Part shown: one piece after another, positions 1 through 8,079 of the stretch
How the letters are laid out: each line of letters starts with the position of its first letter
Numbering within the stretch: position 1 is the first letter of the stretch
NCBI GenBank assembly: GCA_963775425.1
Contig: CAVZJB010000005.1
Coordinates: forward strand, 608,001-672,000
Length of the DNA stretch: 64,000 bases
Reading direction: 5' to 3'
Source of the DNA: an uncultured delta proteobacterium
Lineage (GTDB): Bacteria > Myxococcota > UBA727 > VGSZ01
Notes under the pieces: generated by a model
Seen by the model: the letters and a program-made list of their open reading frames with translations, nothing else
Told to the model about the DNA's origin: nothing
Databases searched by the model: none
Made by a program: the position numbers and the translations under genes

Positions 1-228
1 GGTGGGCAGCGCGTGGTCCTCGACGACGATCACGGTGAGGCCGTTTTTGAGCGTGACCTCGGTGAACGCCGGCAAGACCACGTTCGCCGCGGGCGTCGCC
101 GGCGGCATGGTGGCGCGCCAGGGCTCGTCGGGCGGGGTGCGACGTCCGTCGACCTTGGTGTTCTTCGACGTCGTCGCGCACGACGCCACGAGGGCCACGG
201 TGACGAACGCGAGCGCGGCGCGGGTCAC
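1..228 (-). CDS. M16 (insulinase-family) peptidase-like lipoprotein, second subunit; truncated by window edge
   Basis: Not in the ORF track. GTG at 228 overlaps the TGA of the upstream M16 gene (GTGA). Translates MTRAALAFVTVALVASC (lipobox)...FTEVTLKNGLTVIVVEDHALPT, a typical M16 N-terminus. Confidence 0.75.
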   Translation of the reverse strand, partial: MTRAALAFVTVALVASCATTSKNTKVDGRRTPPDEPWRATMPPATPAANVVLPAFTEVTLKNGLTVIVVEDHALPT

Positions 229-1718
229 GGCGCACCTCCTGCGGTCTTGGCCGCTGCATCGGCCGGCGCCGGCGGCGGCGCGCCGCTTTGGCTCATGCCC
301 TTGGGTTTCATCACGAGCACGAGGCGCTGGTCCTTTCCGAGGTACCTGGCGAGCGCGGCCGAGACGCTCTCGGGCGTGACGGCGTGGAAGCGCTGCATGT
401 CGGTGTCGAAGCCGGCGTCGCCGGCGAGGGCGTAGCCCTGCATGCGGGCGGCGCGCGCGAGGGGATCTTCGAGGGAGCGCGTGGCCTCGCCCTCGAGACC
501 GGCGACGACGCGCACGAGCTCCTCGGGCGTGGGCGGCAGGTCCACCAGGAGCTCGAGCTGCGACTGCATCGCGTCGAGGACGGTGGCCGCGTCGACGCCG
601 GGGTGGACCGTGGCCGACAGCGTGAGGACGGACGCGTTCTTGGCGCGCGCGAGGTGGACGGCGACGCCCGCGGCGAGCTGGCTGTCGACCATCAACCCGC
701 GGTGCAGCCGCGAGCTCTTGCCGTCACCGAGGAGGTGAGCGAGCACGGTGATGTCGGCGTCGCCGGGCTGAAAGCGCGCCGGCACCACATACGACACCTC
801 CACGCGCGACAGCGGCGCGAGCGCGTCAAAGACGTCGATGCGCGTCTCCTTGGCGATCACGGGGCCCGCCGCCGCCGGCGCCGCCGGCTTCGAGGAGCGC
901 GGCAAGGTCTTGAAGTATTTCTCGACGAGGCTCTTGGCGGCGGCGGCGTCGACGTCGCCGGTGACCGCGACGGTCGCGTTCTGGGGCGCGTAGGCGCTGT
1001 CGTAGCGCGTGCGAACATCCTCGAGCGAGAGCCGGTCGAGGTCGCCGATGCCGGCGCCGGGGTAGAGCGCCTGTTGCACCGCGGCGTGGCCGCCGGCCCA
1101 GGCGCGCGCGTCGGGGCTCGCCTCGGCCTCGAGCACGGCGCGCTCGGCGTTGAGCTTCTTGTCGTCGAGCGTGTCCATCAAAAAGCCCATGCGATCCGCC
1201 TCGAGCCAGAGCGCGCGCTCGAGGGCGCCCGGGGGCACGCACTCGTAGTAGCGCGTGTGATCGAGGGCGGTCTCGCTGCCCACGGCGGTGGCGCCGGCGG
1301 CTTCGAGGAGCTTTCGGTGATCGCCCGCGGCGACGTGCGCGGAGCCGTCGAACATCAGGCGCTCGAGGAGTCGCGCGAGGCCCGCCTTCCCTGGGGCGTC
1401 CTCGAGAGAGCCGCTGCGGTACCACACGCTCACGCACGCGACCGGGACGCGCTTGTCGGCGTGGACGAGGACGGTGAGGCCGTTGTCGAGCGCGCTCCTG
1501 TCCACGGCGAGCGCGCCGGTCTTGGCCCCATCGGCGGGCTTGGCCCCATCGGCGGGCTTGGCGGCGGGCTTGGCGTCGGCGGGGGCCGCCTCCGCCGGGG
1601 GCGGCGCTTCCTCCGCCGCGGCGGACGAGGGCCCGAAGGCGAAGGCGAGGCCGGCGGCGAGGAGCCCGGCGCCGCAGGGGAGGGCGGGGCGTGTTCGCGA
1701 TCCAGACATGGCGTGCAT
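225..1718 (-). CDS. M16B family peptidase homologue, probably catalytically inactive
   Basis: Signal peptide, LDNGLTVLVH, WYRSGS, ALWLEADRMG. The HxxEH zinc site reads RLLER. Alternative start at 1709. Confidence 0.85.
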   Translation of the reverse strand: MHAMSGSRTRPALPCGAGLLAAGLAFAFGPSSAAAEEAPPPAEAAPADAKPAAKPADGAKPADGAKTGALAVDRSALDNGLTVLVHADKRVPVACVSVWYRSGSLEDAPGKAGLARLLERLMFDGSAHVAAGDHRKLLEAAGATAVGSETALDHTRYYECVPPGALERALWLEADRMGFLMDTLDDKKLNAERAVLEAEASPDARAWAGGHAAVQQALYPGAGIGDLDRLSLEDVRTRYDSAYAPQNATVAVTGDVDAAAAKSLVEKYFKTLPRSSKPAAPAAAGPVIAKETRIDVFDALAPLSRVEVSYVVPARFQPGDADITVLAHLLGDGKSSRLHRGLMVDSQLAAGVAVHLARAKNASVLTLSATVHPGVDAATVLDAMQSQLELLVDLPPTPEELVRVVAGLEGEATRSLEDPLARAARMQGYALAGDAGFDTDMQRFHAVTPESVSAALARYLGKDQRLVLVMKPKGMSQSGAPPPAPADAAAKTAGGAP

Positions 1719-1851
1719 GTTCGGGGAGATGGCGGGACAATTGCCAGCCGCGGCGTGGCTCCGGCGTCGGCGCGGCCTCGCGCGGAGAAGCGCTTGACGC
1801 CGCCTCCGCTATCACGGAAGGTGCAGAGAGCTTGTTGGAGGCCTCGCTGCG

Positions 1852-2469
1852 ATGGCGACGATGGCGAAACAGGACGGCGCTCCGGACACAGAGGAGGGCA
1901 CGACCGACCTCGCGCCGGTGGTCGGCCAGAACCTCCGCCGGCTGCGCGGCGAGCGGAAGCTCTCGCTCGAGGGCCTCGCCAAAATCTCGGGCGTGTCGCG
2001 CGCGATGCTCGGCCAGATCGAGCTCGGCCACTCGGCCCCCACCATCAACGTCCTCTGGAAGATCGCGCGCGCGCTCGACCTGCCGTTCTCGGCGCTCATC
2101 AGCGCACCCAAGCACGTCGGCGGCACCCGGGTCCTCCACGCCACGCGCACCAAGCGGCTGATGTCGCACGACGGCAGCTTCTCCTCGCGCGCGCTCTTTC
2201 CGATCGACGAGCCGCGCCGCGTGGAGCTCTACGAGCTCATCTTGAAGAAGGGCGGCGTGGAAGAGGCCGACGCGCACCCGGCGGGCACCCGCGAGAACCT
2301 GGTGGTGGCGCACGGCGACGTCGAGATCGTCGTCGGCGGCGAGTCGCACCGGTTGACGACGGGCGACGCCATCCTGTTCGAAGCCGACAGCCCGCACAGC
2401 TACAACAACGTCGGCGACGTCGACGCCACCATGTACCTCGTGATGACGTACGCCGAGCAAGTCGGTTGA
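1852..2469 (+). CDS. XRE-family HTH plus cupin transcriptional regulator
   Basis: VGQNLRRLR...SLEGLAKISGVSRAMLGQIELG..PTINVLWKIA HTH. C-terminal cupin (HPAGTRENLVV...GDAILFEADSPHSYNN). Confidence 0.9.
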   Translation: MATMAKQDGAPDTEEGTTDLAPVVGQNLRRLRGERKLSLEGLAKISGVSRAMLGQIELGHSAPTINVLWKIARALDLPFSALISAPKHVGGTRVLHATRTKRLMSHDGSFSSRALFPIDEPRRVELYELILKKGGVEEADAHPAGTRENLVVAHGDVEIVVGGESHRLTTGDAILFEADSPHSYNNVGDVDATMYLVMTYAEQVG

Positions 2470-2517
2470 GGTGAGCGCCGGACGCGCCGGCGCCCACGCA
2501 TCATCGGCGGGGAGCGT

Positions 2518-3270
2518 TCAGCCGCGCCGCGCCTTGCCGGCGCGCCACACGCGCGCCGGCTTCTTCGTCGTCACGCGCTTGCCGGGCGCCGGCACCACCA
2601 CGCCGTCGTCGACGAGCTTCAGGAAGCGGCGGCGGAAGTTCCCCGGATCGAGCGCGCGGCCGTGCAGCGCCTCGTGCACCGCGCGCAGCTCGGCGATGGT
2701 GAAGGTCTGCGGCGCGAGGTGCAGCGCGAGCGGTCCGCGGTCGACGTCCCGGCGCATGCGAGCGAGCGCGGCGTCGACGATGGCGGCGTGGTCGAAGGCG
2801 AGCGGCGGCAGCGCCGCCGCGGGGAACCACCCTGCCGCGGCGGCGTCGGAGCCCGCCTTCACGAAGCCCGCGAGCTCGGGGCGCACGAGCGCGAAGTACG
2901 CCACGGTGATCACGCGCCCGCGCGGATCGCGGCCCGGCGTCCCGAACGCGCCGAGCTGCTCGAGCAGCACCTGCGCCCGCGACAAGCCCGTCTCCTCGAC
3001 GAGCTCGCGCGCCGCCGCGTCGTCGAGCGGCTCCCCGCCCTTGCCGCCGGCGCCCACCTGCAGGAACCCGCCGGGCAAAGCGTGCGTGCCCGCGAAGGGG
3101 GGACCGCCGCGCACGACGAGCAGAACGTGCAGCGCCCCGTCGATGAGCGTGAACACGACGATGTCGGCGGTGACGGACGCGCGCGGATGGTGCGCCAGGA
3201 ACTCCGCGTCGGCGGCGCGGCGGCTCGACGCGCGCTCAGCCACGGCGCGCCAGCTCCTCGAGCGGCCCAT
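2518..3270 (-). CDS. nrtR: NrtR-family Nudix-related transcriptional regulator
   Basis: SVTADIVVFT, ALPGGF, Nudix box EPLDDAAARELVEETGL, LEQLGAFGTPGRDPRGRVITVAY, LAFDH. Winged-helix end FTIAELRAVHEALHGRALDPGNFRRR. Confidence 0.9.
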   Translation of the reverse strand: MGRSRSWRAVAERASSRRAADAEFLAHHPRASVTADIVVFTLIDGALHVLLVVRGGPPFAGTHALPGGFLQVGAGGKGGEPLDDAAARELVEETGLSRAQVLLEQLGAFGTPGRDPRGRVITVAYFALVRPELAGFVKAGSDAAAAGWFPAAALPPLAFDHAAIVDAALARMRRDVDRGPLALHLAPQTFTIAELRAVHEALHGRALDPGNFRRRFLKLVDDGVVVPAPGKRVTTKKPARVWRAGKARRG

Positions 3271-3348
3271 GCCGGTACACGTTCCACGGCGGCGACGTCA
3301 CGCGCCGACGCTACACCGGCCGCAAGGCGGCGCGCGCGTTCGGCTGTG

Positions 3349-4170
3349 TCACGGTGCGAAGAAGCCGGCGCCGGCGCCGGGGGCGACGCGGCCCTGGCTC
3401 GCGCGAACGGCGCTCTGCGACACCATCTGGAACGCGCCGCGCAGCCCCGCCGGCGTCGCGTCCTTCTGGACGAGCACGCAGCCGTCGGGGAACCCCATGT
3501 TCGCGGCGACCGTCTTGAAGTCGTCGTCGCCCACGCCGACGAAAGCGAGGATGAACTGCTCGCTCTTCAAGAGGTCGGCCGCGAGCTTCCGGCACGCGCG
3601 CGCCGAGCGGCGGCTCCCGACGTCCTGTCCGTCCGTGACGACGACCACGATGCTGCGCGTGGGTGTCCCCGCGTCGCGCAGCCGTTGCGCGTAGGCGACG
3701 TTGGCGGCGCAGGCGTCGATGAACGTGTCGTACAGGTGCGTGGTGCCGCCCGAGCGGTACGTGGCCCCGGGCTGCAAGCGCACCGCGTCGTCGACGGGGA
3801 CGTAGCCGTGCACGACGTCGGCGTGGCTCTGGAAGGTCCACAGCGCCACCAGCACCGCGTCCTTCTCCTTGGAGCCCGCGAAGGCGTCGAGCAACGCGCG
3901 CTCGCCGTCGCAGACCGCCTGCTCGAGGCCTCGTCCCCCGATGGAAGACGAGGCGTCGAGCACCAGGGTGATGAGCGTGACGTCGCTCGCCTGGATGTCG
4001 TCGGCGGCCATGCCTGCGGCGCCGGCGATGACGAGCGCGCCGAGGTCGCCGGACAAGAGCGTCGCCGACTGCGCCGACAGCGTGCCCGTCTGCTGCGCGC
4101 GCGAGAAGAGCGCGGCGACGTCGAGGGCGTTGCGGTTTTTATTGTTGCCGTTGTTGTTTCCGTGGGTCAC
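3349..4170 (-). CDS. TerY-like von Willebrand factor A domain protein
   Basis: GTG at 4170 overlaps the TGA at 4167-4169. MIDAS motif LVLDASSSI (DxSxS), GGTTHLYD, VVVTDGQD, AFVGVG. This is the C-terminal 273 aa of track ORF 3349..6147. Confidence 0.8.
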   Translation of the reverse strand: MTHGNNNGNNKNRNALDVAALFSRAQQTGTLSAQSATLLSGDLGALVIAGAAGMAADDIQASDVTLITLVLDASSSIGGRGLEQAVCDGERALLDAFAGSKEKDAVLVALWTFQSHADVVHGYVPVDDAVRLQPGATYRSGGTTHLYDTFIDACAANVAYAQRLRDAGTPTRSIVVVVTDGQDVGSRRSARACRKLAADLLKSEQFILAFVGVGDDDFKTVAANMGFPDGCVLVQKDATPAGLRGAFQMVSQSAVRASQGRVAPGAGAGFFAP

Positions 4171-5109
4171 GGGAGCACCTCCGTGGAGCGAACGATGTGC
4201 ATGCCGGCGCGCTTGAAGCCCTCCATGGCCTCGGCGGCGATGCGCGGGAAGTCGAGCGAGGGCGGCAGCGGGTCGAGCGGCGGCGGCGGCACCGGGCTCA
4301 TGCAGTCCTCGAGGATCCAGAATCTTGTCGAGGAGCGCAGGGTCGCACTGCGCCTCCATGTCCTTGAGCGTCGCGAGCACGCAGTGGCTCTTGGCCTGGC
4401 CGAACACATAGACCTTGTCGTAGTCCATGAGCAGCTTGAAGAACGGCGCGTTGAAGGCGCCGACGCTCTTGTGTCCGAGCTCCTTCACCTCGGGCGACAA
4501 CACCGAGTAGTTCTCGGTCATCGCGTGCGTGCCCTTGGTCTCGAAGTGCGTCTGGGCCTTGCGCGCCACCGCGTGGAAGATCGCCGCCTCCATCAGCGAC
4601 GGCACCAACGCGTGCGAGAGCCCGCCGAGGAGGGTGTGGAAGGGCCACACGGTGAGCACGTACTTGCCGGTCTCCTCGAGCCTCTTGGTGTACTCGAGGC
4701 ACTCGCGCGGGTGCGCCAGCGGCGTCCAGCGCCCGGCGCGCACGTCCTCGTGGAAGATGGGCGTGAACGGCGCGGGGTGGTTGCCCTTGTCGTCGGTCCA
4801 CCACGCGGGGTGGAAGATCTGGAACACGCGGTGCGTGTCGAGCGAGAAGTGCAGCGCGGTGATGCGCTCCATGTTGCGGTAGAGCCAGTCGAGCGTGCGC
4901 CGCATGTCGTCGACGGCGCCGGGGACGAAGAGGGACGCGCCGGGGGTGCAAAAGCCTACCTGGCAGTCGATCCCGAAGGCGGCGATTCGCTCCTTGTCGG
5001 CGGAGGCGGGCGCGAGGTCCGCCGTTCGCGCCGCGTCGGCGACCTCGGCGGCGCGTTCGATCCAGAGCTCGCCGATGCGTTTGTCGTCGTGGAATGCCGG
5101 TGTCCTCAT
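4167..5109 (-). CDS. pncA: Nicotinamidase / isochorismatase-family cysteine hydrolase, with a single-base frameshift near 4321
   Basis: GAGGAGG RBS before ATG 5109. Catalytic triad D (IDCQVGF), K (ETKG), C (AKSHCV). Metal ligands DTH and WPFH. The conserved tail WILEDCMSPV...DF continues in another frame after an extra A at 4321-4322. Confidence 0.75.
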
Positions 5110-5123
5110 GGTGTCCTCCTCGT

Positions 5124-7061
5124 TCAAGGCCGCAAACGCAGCCGGGTGATGACCCTGCGGGCGACGACAAGGAGGGAGCCGCCCGCACCGGGCAGGAGCT
5201 CCACGCTGTCGTCGACGAAGGGCCGGGTGTCCGAAAACGTCGTCCCCGTGATCAGGCGGTCGCCGTCCACCTCGACCGCGCACACGCCCTCGTTGGATGC
5301 CGACAAAATCTTGCCGCCGGCGATGCACTTGCCGCGGATGCTCGCGAGGATGGGCGCGCTCTCGGGTGCCCCCGACGCCGCCGCGACGAGGTGGCCGCTC
5401 CCATCGACGAGCGACAGCGTGTGCATGCGCCTGCCGTCGACGTCCTCGGCGATGCCCACGAGGCACCATGCCGGCGACGGGCGCGCGCCCGCCTCGCTCC
5501 GTGCGAAGACGGCCTCGACGTCGACGACCTTTCCCCGCGGCTGCGGGAGCGTCACGTCGAAGAAGCGGTCGCGGGCGAAGCCGAACGCCATCAGCGCGCG
5601 CCCGGCGCGATACAGGCCGAGGCCGCCGTCGTCCGCCGACAGGAGCGCGGTCTTTCCGGCGAGCACGCGGCCGACGCGCGTCCGCGTCTCGTGGTGCACG
5701 AGCGCGTCGCCCTCCACGACGAACAGCCCGCCGCGTCCCGCGGCGAACGCGTCGCCGCTCGTGTGCGCCCGATCGACGACGGCGCCGCCGCGCACCTTCA
5801 CCAAAGCGCCGTCGAGCCCGATCCACGTCTCTTCGCCCGCGATCACGAAGCGCATCCCCGCCGGCCGCTCCCCCGTGAGCACCGTGGCGTCCGTCGTGGG
5901 ACGCGCCCCCGCGGTGGGGCGCCCGAGCTTCGTCATCGCCCGCGCCTCCCGGCGCACCCCGCCGTCCTCCTCGATCAGGTACGCCACGTCGCCGCCGTCG
6001 TTGCCGCGCACGGCGCGCGCGAGCAGCACGAGGCCGCGGGCCTCCACCACGACCTCCTCGACGACGCCGCCGCGGGTCTTCACCACCGGCGCCGGCACCG
6101 CGGTCCTGCACGCGGGGCACGCGGCGCGGGCGTGCTCCAGGCCGCATGACGCGCAGGCGCGAAAGCGCAGCCGATCGAGCGCCGTCGACGACGACAACGG
6201 CGCGCGCTCACCTTTGTCGAAGCAGCGCGCGAAGTCGTCGAGCATCTCGTCGCTGAGCGTCTCGAGCGGGAGCGCCGCGCGCGGCAGTTGCACGTCGCCG
6301 CGCAGCACGCTCCACGAGGCCTCCGCGCGCCGCAGGAGCGTCGGCAGCTTCGCGTGCACGCCGCCGTACGGGTGGATGCACAGGAGCGACTGAAAGAGGA
6401 GCGCGCGCAGCGCGAAGGCGTCGCTGCCGGCGTCGAAGCAGGGAGCGTCGACGAGGCTGCGCCCGTAGAGCCGCGGGTCGAGGAAGCGCTCGTGGGCCAC
6501 CGGGCAGGGCAGCGCGCCGACCTGCATGGAGTCCGCGTCGATGAGGAACGGGGCCGGCGCGCCCGCGGCGCCGGGCGCGAGCACCACGTTGCCGTCGTTG
6601 AGGTCGCCGACCACCACGCCTGTCGCGTGGAGCGCGTCGAGGGCCGCCGCGAGGGCGCGAAAGATCGACACGACGTCGCCCGCGCGCTCGCTGCGGCCCT
6701 TGCGCGCGAGCCGCGCGATGTCGGCGGCGTCGCGGACGCGTCGCATGGCGTAGCCGGCCACGCCGCCGCGCTCGTCGAGGATGAGCTCCTCGGGCGTGAT
6801 GACGAGCGCGGGCAGGCCGGTGGGGAACGCGCGCAGCTTCTGCTCGCGCAGCCGGGCGATCTTCTGCGCGAGCGCGGCGGAGGACGACGCCGGCGCGGCG
6901 CTCGTCGTCGTCGCGAGCGCATCGTGGAAGATCTTCAGGGCGAGCTCGAGCGTCGGGTGCGCATACACCCGCGCCTCGCCGCCCTGGCCGAGGAGCAGCG
7001 TGTCGTCGAGGACGAGCGGCGCGCCGCGAAACGTCAAGCGCGCTGCGGGGGTGGTCTTCAT
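5124..7061 (-). CDS. YegI-like (TerY-P type) atypical Ser/Thr kinase with CxxC..CxxC ribbon and beta-rich C-terminal domain
   Basis: ATGA overlap with the PP2C stop. LGQGGEARVY Gly loop, ALKIF, VVGDLNDGNV catalytic loop, IDADS in place of DFG, SDAFAL..HPYGG, CASC...CPAC. Confidence 0.85.
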   Translation of the reverse strand: MKTTPAARLTFRGAPLVLDDTLLLGQGGEARVYAHPTLELALKIFHDALATTTSAAPASSSAALAQKIARLREQKLRAFPTGLPALVITPEELILDERGGVAGYAMRRVRDAADIARLARKGRSERAGDVVSIFRALAAALDALHATGVVVGDLNDGNVVLAPGAAGAPAPFLIDADSMQVGALPCPVAHERFLDPRLYGRSLVDAPCFDAGSDAFALRALLFQSLLCIHPYGGVHAKLPTLLRRAEASWSVLRGDVQLPRAALPLETLSDEMLDDFARCFDKGERAPLSSSTALDRLRFRACASCGLEHARAACPACRTAVPAPVVKTRGGVVEEVVVEARGLVLLARAVRGNDGGDVAYLIEEDGGVRREARAMTKLGRPTAGARPTTDATVLTGERPAGMRFVIAGEETWIGLDGALVKVRGGAVVDRAHTSGDAFAAGRGGLFVVEGDALVHHETRTRVGRVLAGKTALLSADDGGLGLYRAGRALMAFGFARDRFFDVTLPQPRGKVVDVEAVFARSEAGARPSPAWCLVGIAEDVDGRRMHTLSLVDGSGHLVAAASGAPESAPILASIRGKCIAGGKILSASNEGVCAVEVDGDRLITGTTFSDTRPFVDDSVELLPGAGGSLLVVARRVITRLRLRP

Positions 7062-7813
7062 GGGCACGGCGGCCCCCTGCGGATCACGGCCACGCTGCAG
7101 TCGTCGACGGGGCCGCCGCATGCGCACCAGGCGTTCATGCGCTTTTGCGCGAGGCTCTTGTTGTGCAGGTAGCGCGCGCCGCGCTCGAATTCGGCGAGGC
7201 CGCCGAGGGCGGTGCCGTCGGCGAGCACGGCGTCGCGCGCCGCGATGAGCTCGCCGGCGCCGTCGCTGCAGACCGCCAACGACGACGAAAACGACCCGAC
7301 GTGGTGAACGTGCGCGCGGAGCCTGCCGTCGAACAGCGCGTACGCGGGGTAGTCGGGTGCCGGCCCCTCGTCGAGGACGATCACGCGCCCGTCCACGCTC
7401 ACCAGGCCGTCTCCCGCGCCGAACACGACCGCGCTGTCACCGGTGGCCACCGCTGCGACCACGGTGAACAAGAGGTGCTCTTCGACCACCGCGGCGACGT
7501 CGCCTTCGTCGACGGCGAGGGCGCGCGTAAGGCGGCGCAGCTCGTGGACGAGCGCGCCCATGACGAGCGCAGGCAGCGCCGCCAGCGTCGCCCCCTCCCG
7601 CACGCGGCGGGCGGCGTCGGCGGCGACGAAGCGGGCACCCACGCCCGCTCCGACCTCCGACCGCGCCCCCGCCGAGCAGCCGTCGGCCACGCAGACCGCG
7701 ACGCACGCGCCGTCGTCGACCATCGCCGTGACGTCCTGGCCGCCGCGCCCGAGGCGGCGATGCGCACGGCCGGGCACGCTCGCGGTGAGGACGACCGGCG
7801 CCGCGCCCGTCAT
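7058..7813 (-). CDS. PP2C-like (YegK/PphC type) protein phosphatase
   Basis: SVPGRAH...QD, VADG, GAGDG, CSDG and DDCSVAV motifs. Start is ATG 7813, or a leaderless ATG at 7852. Confidence 0.85.
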   Translation of the reverse strand: MTGAAPVVLTASVPGRAHRRLGRGGQDVTAMVDDGACVAVCVADGCSAGARSEVGAGVGARFVAADAARRVREGATLAALPALVMGALVHELRRLTRALAVDEGDVAAVVEEHLLFTVVAAVATGDSAVVFGAGDGLVSVDGRVIVLDEGPAPDYPAYALFDGRLRAHVHHVGSFSSSLAVCSDGAGELIAARDAVLADGTALGGLAEFERGARYLHNKSLAQKRMNAWCACGGPVDDCSVAVIRRGPPCP

Positions 7814-7843
7814 GGCGTGGCTGCCGTTTGCTTGTGATGCGAC

Positions 7844-7862
7844 AAGAGTCATTAAGACTATT
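7844..7862. promoter_or_regulatory. Candidate NrtR operator (imperfect palindrome AAGAGTCATTAAGACTATT)
   Basis: AGTC-N5-GACT dyad, matching the GT-N7-AC core of NrtR sites. AT-rich in a very GC-rich background. Overlaps the -10/+1 region of the operon that encodes nrtR. Confidence 0.7.
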
Positions 7863-7888
7863 ATCGTGTCGAAAGAGGCGCTCGTCAA
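7860..7888 (-). promoter_or_regulatory. sigma70-type promoter of the PP2C-kinase-pncA-vWA-nrtR operon
   Basis: Minus strand TTGACG (7888-7883), 17 bp spacer, GATAAT (7865-7860). Confidence 0.7.
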
Positions 7889-7980
7889 GGGCCGGCCAAA
7901 TGCGCCAAGGAATTCACAGGGTTCGGGGCAGATCACCCCGGCGTCGAGGGTTGTGCGAGCACGCCGTCGCGCCGCGTTCC

Positions 7981-8006
7981 GGAATCAGGAGCGCGCGCGC
8001 GCCGTT
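7981..8006 (+). promoter_or_regulatory. Possible ECF-sigma promoter of degP
   Basis: GGAATC-N17-GTT, about 75 bp upstream of the ATG. Confidence 0.35.
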
Positions 8007-8079
8007 TTCGCCTTCGGTTCCACAGCGGCCATTGCCCGCGTTTTCGACGTGGCTACACGCTCAAGGTGGAGATGTTCCG

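Noticed and set aside
4300-4340. Programmed ribosomal frameshift in the nicotinamidase gene
   Set aside because: No slippery heptamer is visible at the shift. A single-base indel explains it more simply.
5110-6147. N-terminal extension of track ORF 3349..6147
   Set aside because: An off-frame overlap with the kinase gene. The real start is ATG 5109 with a GAGGAGG RBS.
2662-6393. 1243-aa plus-strand ORF, and similar giants (18484..22170 -, 22104..24938 -, 32806..36105 +, 8446..11430 -)
   Set aside because: Antisense shadows of motif-bearing genes. They are Arg/Gly/Ala-rich with no domain motifs, as expected in high-GC DNA.
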